A stretch of 45,552 nt of DNA, the filler included, from Streblomastix strix (Eukaryota), in assembly GCA_008636045.1 (NCBI GenBank). It is 2 parts of 2 records of this genome, joined end to end, with 100 filler letters (N's around TTAATTAATTAA, not from the genome) between each part and the next. Parts side by side here need not be neighbours in the genome. Positions count along the whole stretch, not along the records: positions 22,835 to 45,552 come from SNRW01000312.1; 1 more part is not named here. One strand, given 5' to 3'. Of this stretch, positions 39,596 through 45,552 are shown piece by piece. The position numbers and the translations under genes were made by a program. Numbering within the stretch: the first letter of the stretch is position 1; each line of letters opens with the position of its first letter. The notes below the pieces were generated by a model that did no database searches, had not been told where the DNA came from, and worked only from the letters and a program-made list of their open reading frames with translations.

Positions 39596-40661
39596 CTGCA
39601 ATTTGTTTAAAAAGCAATTAAAATATAAATATAAATATGAATATAAATATAAATATGAATATAAATTATAAAATTATATAGTAAAACGAATAATGAACAA
39701 ATTATGATAAAAGTAAAATCTACTGTTTTTGAAATTAGCTTTGAGAACAATTTTTTCATTATTTTCTTGTTGATTTTATCTGAAATATATGAATATTTAT
39801 TGAATATTGATATCACGTGTTTAAATTGAATGTGGAATGAGTATATTTCACAAATAATAGTAAAATATTTTATATTTAATTTGTTAAGACCACTGAAATC
39901 TCAAATAAGAATATTCATAGAAAATATATTAAAATAATAAATATTTGTTATTAATAATGGAAATAAAAATGAATAAATAAGTCTATCGCATTCGAAATAT
40001 GAAAATTGTTTTTCGATTTTGAATAATTATGTTAATACTGATTATATAATAATAAAATATCGAAATTTTGACTAAAAGAATAAAAGATAATAACAATTCA
40101 TATATCATAACTTATATAAAGAATCAACGGGTGAGCTGCGCGGTCTGCAAGTTTTAGCTCCTTTATTTCTCCATGTTCGAATAACAATAATTTGTAAAAA
40201 TACTTTTAATAATAATTATTATTATAAAATAAAATTGAATAAAGATAATTCTTAATCAAAATAGTTCGTTATTCGGAACTTGTTCACTTCTCAACACCCT
40301 GACTATTAAAAGTTTATTTATTACAAAAATAATATGTATGTAAAATATTTAGTTTATTTTTCATATAATATGCATAATTGCATTACAAATGACAAGAAAA
40401 TCACAATCGAGGTTTATTTTCTTTCACTAACTTTTACTTCCGTACACAAATTTTAATTTATTTTTCAAATATTCAATCAATTAAAAATTTATATTTTCTA
40501 TCTTAATTTTAGAAAGTTAAACTCAATGAATATTGTATTAACAATGGAATTCACATTTTTCTATTTTTTTTTGTTTCATTTTGTTTTATTTTTACTTATT
40601 TGAATTTAACTTTTGAATAAATTATACAAATATTTTTTAAAATAGTACATAATACTTTGTT

Positions 40662-41066
40662 ATGTTATTCCTTTCAATGTTTTCGAAGTTGATCGGGTGT
40701 GAGATTGTGGTTGAGTTGAAGAATGATGTAATATTGAAAGGCAAGTTACAAGCTGTCGATTAGTATCTAAATATTAAACTTGTAGACACAACTACGTTAG
40801 AGTCTAAGCGTGCTCCACATATGGTACTATATATTCTCATTATATTTCATTGATTTTAACCCAATTATATTTATTTTTTTTACAGAGCCATGTAAATAGT
40901 TGTTTTATTAGAGGAAATATGGTGCGATATGTGCATATAGATCCAAAAGATGTAGATATTGATAAAATGGAGGTTATTTAACTTTTAATATATTATATTT
41001 TAGTATATATTTTTTCTGATATATTAGGATGCAACCAGAAGAGAGTTGCGCCTTGCAACAAGATGA
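40662..41066 (+). CDS. LSM2: U6 snRNA-associated Sm-like protein LSm2, 95 aa; exons 40662-40823, 40886-40972, 41028-41066
   Basis: MLFLSMFSKLIGCEIVVELKNDVILKGKLQAVDQYLNIKLVD...APHMSHVNSCFIRGNMVRYVHIDPKDVDIDKMEDATRRE has the classic LSm2 signature and length. Confidence 0.95.
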
Positions 41067-41216
41067 ATGTTATATCATTTCAAAGGTTATCTGAGTTTTG
41101 AATATAATTAATAAATTTAAGTTGAATGAACACCTCTATAGAGATAGATTTTATATATTGATACAAAGGCATATATTAGAATAAATAAATGGTGTAAATA
41201 AATTACAAAAAATAAT

Positions 41217-43231
41217 TCATTTCCATCCATAATTTCCAGAGGATGATCCAGGTGCCTATCCTCGAGCAGCATTGTGTGCTGGTTGATAAGGGAAATGACC
41301 CCCAGCACTTCCATTGGATGCGCGAGTCTGCACCTGAGATGAATTCTGAGGAAGAGCTGCATTCATCTGAGATGAGAACTAACGGAATGGAGAGGAGCTT
41401 TCAACACCACCACTGGTACCTGATCTCCCATATTGTGAAATGTTTTGATTTGTAGATGAAGGTTATTTAGGTTGGGATTGAGCAGATACTGGATTATCAC
41501 TATGATGATGGTGATGATGGGCATGTTATGCTTTATTAGCTGATCCAATACCTGAACTTGATCCTGTACCTATTGGTGGTGTATTTGATCTTGCACTTCC
41601 TTTTGCACTACCCTAACCAGATGAGAAATCAGATGAATTAGTTCTCTCAATCTCTTTATCTCTTTCTTTAGCTACAAATTCTCTTCCTTCATATTATCCA
41701 CGTATTCCAACTCCTTTAGATCCTTAATGTTTCATCGGTCCTCTTAATGGAGAAGGTGAATTATCAATTATTGCTGATGAATCTCCTTCTAATCCTTTTT
41801 ATAGAGTAGATGAAATAGTAGGTGAATTGAGAGATGAAGATCCAAGTGAAGGAGCAACAGTTGATGGAATTGAACGAGAAGGTTATGAAGCAGATGTCTA
41901 TGATCCAACTATTGGTCTATATGCTTTATTTGGAGATTATACACCTTCTTCAGATCTATCTGGAGTACCAACTTAAGATCCACGTGAACCTCCAAGACTT
42001 GTAGCACTGCTACTTCCTGATATTACTCCACTTGCACCAATATTTGCATCTCTAAGAATTAATCCATCTCTTCTGAATTATTCTCCCTATTTATGCATCC
42101 TATTCTATATATCAATTAAGAAGTGCTATTATGGACCTATTATTGATCCAGGTCTGCATATTCTGACATATCCCATCACTTCTGTGGCTGTGAAACCATA
42201 ATGCTTCATCATATAACATCCAATTAATGTCCCTGTTCTACCAAGACCTGCCTTTAATTATTTAAAATAAATAATTAATTAAAATAAATATGTAAGTAAC
42301 AAATAAAAAAATAATTAATTAATTAGTAATACTTTACAATGAACAGCCAAAGCGCCTTCACGTTCAGATAAATCAAGGAACTGCTTAACAATAGCTTCAG
42401 TAGGGATTCCACCATCGACGAAATACAAATCATAATGTTATATCCCATGATCAATGAATCTTCTCCTGTCATACATTCTCTTATTCAATCTAACAACTGC
42501 TGTTATCCCTGTTTTCTTAAAATATGGGACATAGAACTCTGGAGTGTGAGTGCAAATACCATTTGGTTGATTGATCTCTGTGTTAGAAGGACCAGAAAAG
42601 GCTAAATATTTCCCTGGTAAGATCCAATTTAGATCTCCATTCTCAACTTTCTCATAAAATTCATATTCATTCAAGTCAAACTTCCCTCCTTAGAAATCTA
42701 TAAAGCCAACTTTCTTTGCTTTTGCAATTCCACGCACAACATCTAATACAGACAGATTGAATGTAGATGGTCCATATGATGCATCTCTAAATGGCGGGAG
42801 AGGAGGATACATATTAAGAAATGGACGATATGCCTCATCAGGTGTCTAATTATGGTATAGGACTTCGTAACAACAAACAAGTGTGACAGAATTCGCCTTT
42901 CGGAATTAATCATTTGCACAATAATAGTAAATCTTTTTGGTTGTTTGTGCAGTTTGCTATATAAGAGTAAAAACATGAAAAGAGAATAAACTTGCAGAAA
43001 ATTATGAAAAAAATGACAAACTTTGAGATAGTCTTCAACTGCGCAGCAAAACCTATACAAACACGCCATATTCAATGGACCAAAGTCATTAGAAAATGGT
43101 TGATAAATTAAAGAGTTATCAGTTGAGAAGTAGAATGCACTGCTCGTGTTGCGTGGGACGCTACGCAAAACAACAAAGTAAAATCGATCTTTAATGATCT
43201 CAACAGCAGTATTCAGTTCTGCCTATGTCAT
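41217..43231 (-). CDS. CDC14: Dual-specificity phosphatase Cdc14, ~622 aa with Ser/Gly-rich C-terminal tail; introns 42957-43021 and 42252-42332
   Basis: Contains [35 protein letters not shown], the catalytic [12 protein letters not shown] (split by an intron) and [10 protein letters not shown]. Confidence 0.97.
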
Positions 43232-43534
43232 TAAAAGTCTGATTAAACAATGTAAAATAATAAGATATAATAATTCAATAATTTATGATGCAATTTTTGT
43301 TTACCCTGAGGCGGTAGGCCGCTTTTTTCATTTTATATTTGGATCCGATTTATTTAATGTGCTTATATGATCAAGTGAATTTAATATTAGCTATGCTATT
43401 GAATGTTTGGGTAAATTTTTTGTATTTGGTGGTTTTCGATAAGAATTCAACGAAAAATTTTCAAAAAAATTCATTGGACTTTTATTTCAAAGATCTGTGG
43501 TCCCTTTTATTAGCATCCATGTTTATTGGTAACC

Positions 43535-44260
43535 TCAGAAATTTGTGGACGGTTTCTTGGCCTTGAATACCGTTCGGTAATCTTTTGTCGTAGCACGAAG
43601 CCGACGATGCAGCAGTGGGAACTTGAGCTTGTTTGACTGAATGCAATTACATTATTAAATATAATATAAAAAATATATAAATTCAATATAATATTATCAG
43701 TAATAAAAATAATGCACACATGGAATGCTGTCACATTCGGTCGTTTGCACAACTTGCTTGTAAGACGTACAGCTGAGATAATGTGAATTGTAGTCTTATG
43801 CGCTGCGTGTCTAGATGCCATCTCATTATCTGAATCAAGAAGCAGAAATAGTGTAAAATAATATTCTTAGCTTTAACCAATATAAAATCTTAACATACAC
43901 ATTTAATCTACAGCACCACCAATCGTGATATCACGATATTCCTTGTATACATTGTGAGTGCCTGTTCTGCTGTCATATTTCAACAGGATACCATAGTTCT
44001 TTACAGTGAGAGGCTTCTTCTCGCGGATCTGGATATTAATAAAGATTAGTTAGTAATGTGAAAAATGATCACACTTCTTCTACTTTAAGAATTTAACATT
44101 TGGATCTCTTAATTTTCTACATTCTTGTTAAGTAGTAATTGAATCTAGATTGTGCAACCACTACATTTGGAGCGAAGAGCTTCATTTTGAACACTCGTGG
44201 CATGTGCTTCTTCTCAGTCGGATAATGCCTGCCTAGTATCTAGAATTGCTTGTATGGCAT
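43535..44260 (-). CDS. RPL18A: 60S ribosomal protein L18a (eL20), 175 aa; introns 44029-44074, 43830-43898, 43637-43719
   Basis: [17 protein letters not shown]...[16 protein letters not shown]...[31 protein letters not shown]...EMASRH...KLKFPLLHR...[13 protein letters not shown]. Confidence 0.97.
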
Positions 44261-44534
44261 TTTAATAGCTTTAAAATTACAATGAAACAAAGAATTATAA
44301 AATAAAAACAATTTGAAAGATGATATGTGAGTAAATTTGGAAGAAATAGAATGAATTCAGAATCGGTATTAACCACATGAAAAATAAGTGTAACTACATA
44401 TTAATTGAATTTATTGTATAGACAAATATAAATAAATAAAATAACTTTTAATAAAAATAGAATAGCACTCGCTTGGAGAGATGAAATGAAAGAAGAATAC
44501 TAAATCGGTTTTGTGTTAGTTTAGCTTATTAAAA

Positions 44535-45044
44535 ATGACAGAAATCATTTAAAAAACGAATTAAAGTTTATATAAATCAATAAAATATTGTTTATAATAG
44601 AATTTGAAGATAGGTAAAATGTAGGGAACTATTTTTCATTATCTCCACATTCCTTGATTAAAAAAGGGCAATTTCTCTTCACGGTTACTTAATGAGACAG
44701 GATAATTATGTTCTACTGTGACAATAGAAGAAAACAGGTCAAACAGCAAAGTTCCTGGCTCCATAGCAGGATCTGAAAACACCCCCTCCAGAAGAGAGTA
44801 ATTTAGAAGCTCTGAAAGTAGCTCTTCCATAATCTGCATTTAATTCTGCATTTGTGGACAGTGGAGCTGCATAGAAAGCTCTTCCCCCACCTGCAAAGGG
44901 ATTTGTTCTTCCTTCACCTCAATTTGCAATCTCAAACCAATTAGGTAATCAAAGTTTAAATATGCTAATGAAGGTCAGCTCGTTTGACGATGTGGAAATT
45001 ATTATTATATTAATTTGTTTTATTAGAAGCAAAAAGAGCATTGA
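44535..45044 (+). CDS. Small Pro/Ala-rich hypothetical protein, three short predicted introns
   Basis: Can be spliced with GT-AG introns to MTEIIQKTNQKFEDRQNVGNYFSLSPHSLIKKGQFLFTKKTGQTAKFLAPQQDLKTPPPEESNLEALKVALPQSAF...MLMKKQKEH-TGA. GC content is raised. The model is unconfirmed. Confidence 0.45.
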
Positions 45045-45156
45045 AAAGCAATTAAAGATAAAATTACTTTAGAATAATTGAATAATTTATTGAACACATA
45101 TTTTAACATATTATTATGAAATAAATAATAATAAATTATAAATTTATTCTTCATAA

Positions 45157-45552
45157 TCATTGATATGTAAGCATATCTCGCAATTTTTAAGAGAGAGGTA
45201 AATCTTCAACTTCATCATCAGCTTCAACCTTCGCAACAAGAAAGTTCTCATCGATGTTGTCAAAATCTTCTTCATATGATCGCACATGAGAAGTATGCTG
45301 ATTAGAATCAATCTCAGACAATTATCTGTATTCCCTCACTTATTTCTCATCAAATTCGTAATAAAGTTGTTCTCCTTCTAAATTATCATCTTCTTTCTTC
45401 ACTTCTTTCTTTTTATTCTTTTTTTATTTGGGTGCCTCCTATTTATTAATATATTTATAAATAATTAAAATAATAAAGAAGCAAGTTTAAAAAAAAATAT
45501 CAAGCGAATTTAAATATCAAACTTTTTTCACTTTATCGTCGTATTTCTTTTT
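45157..45552 (-). CDS. 3' end of a hypothetical protein running off the window; intron 45439-45522
   Basis: ...KKYDDKVKK|EAPKQKKNKKKEVKKEDDNLEGEQLYYEFDEKQVREYRQLSEID...LRDMLTYQ-TGA. Confidence 0.7.

Noticed and set aside
43310..43328. Bacterial intrinsic terminator (GC stem + T tract) implying contamination
   Set aside because: It lies between intron-containing eukaryotic genes; kept only as a possible small RNA.
44639..44839. Minus-strand 66-aa ORF, or a structural RNA (RNase P/MRP, U3)
   Set aside because: No conserved RNA motifs found, and a spliced plus-strand gene model explains the region better.

Overview
AT-rich eukaryotic (protist) genomic scaffold with short GT-AG spliceosomal introns. 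It uses a non-standard genetic code: TAA/TAG = Gln and TGA is the only stop. Conserved Gln residues in LSm2 (DQYLN) and Cdc14 (GPQQ) show this directly, so the supplied standard-code ORF track is mostly misleading. Code, composition and gene types are consistent with an oxymonad such as Streblomastix (inference). Host genes: a coiled-coil protein (-), a ~2,450-aa type I membrane beta-helix surface protein (+), an ARM/coiled-coil protein (+), a ~3,336-aa Gln-rich ARM-like protein (-), LSm2, Cdc14, RPL18A/eL20 and two small or partial hypothetical genes. Accessory DNA: a G-tract minisatellite, a truncated DIRS-like retrotransposon (gag + RT N-terminus) and a 60-bp coding-derived tandem array. 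Around the assembly gap at 22.7 kb lies the most interesting region: a 581-bp segment bounded by perfect 36-bp inverted repeats whose right copy is one arm of a 93-nt imperfect hairpin. After the gap is a decayed intronless endogenous viral element (Polinton/Maverick/PLV-type A32 packaging ATPase written in the host TAR=Gln code, plus unknown ORFs), followed by a degenerate OTU-like protease fragment.
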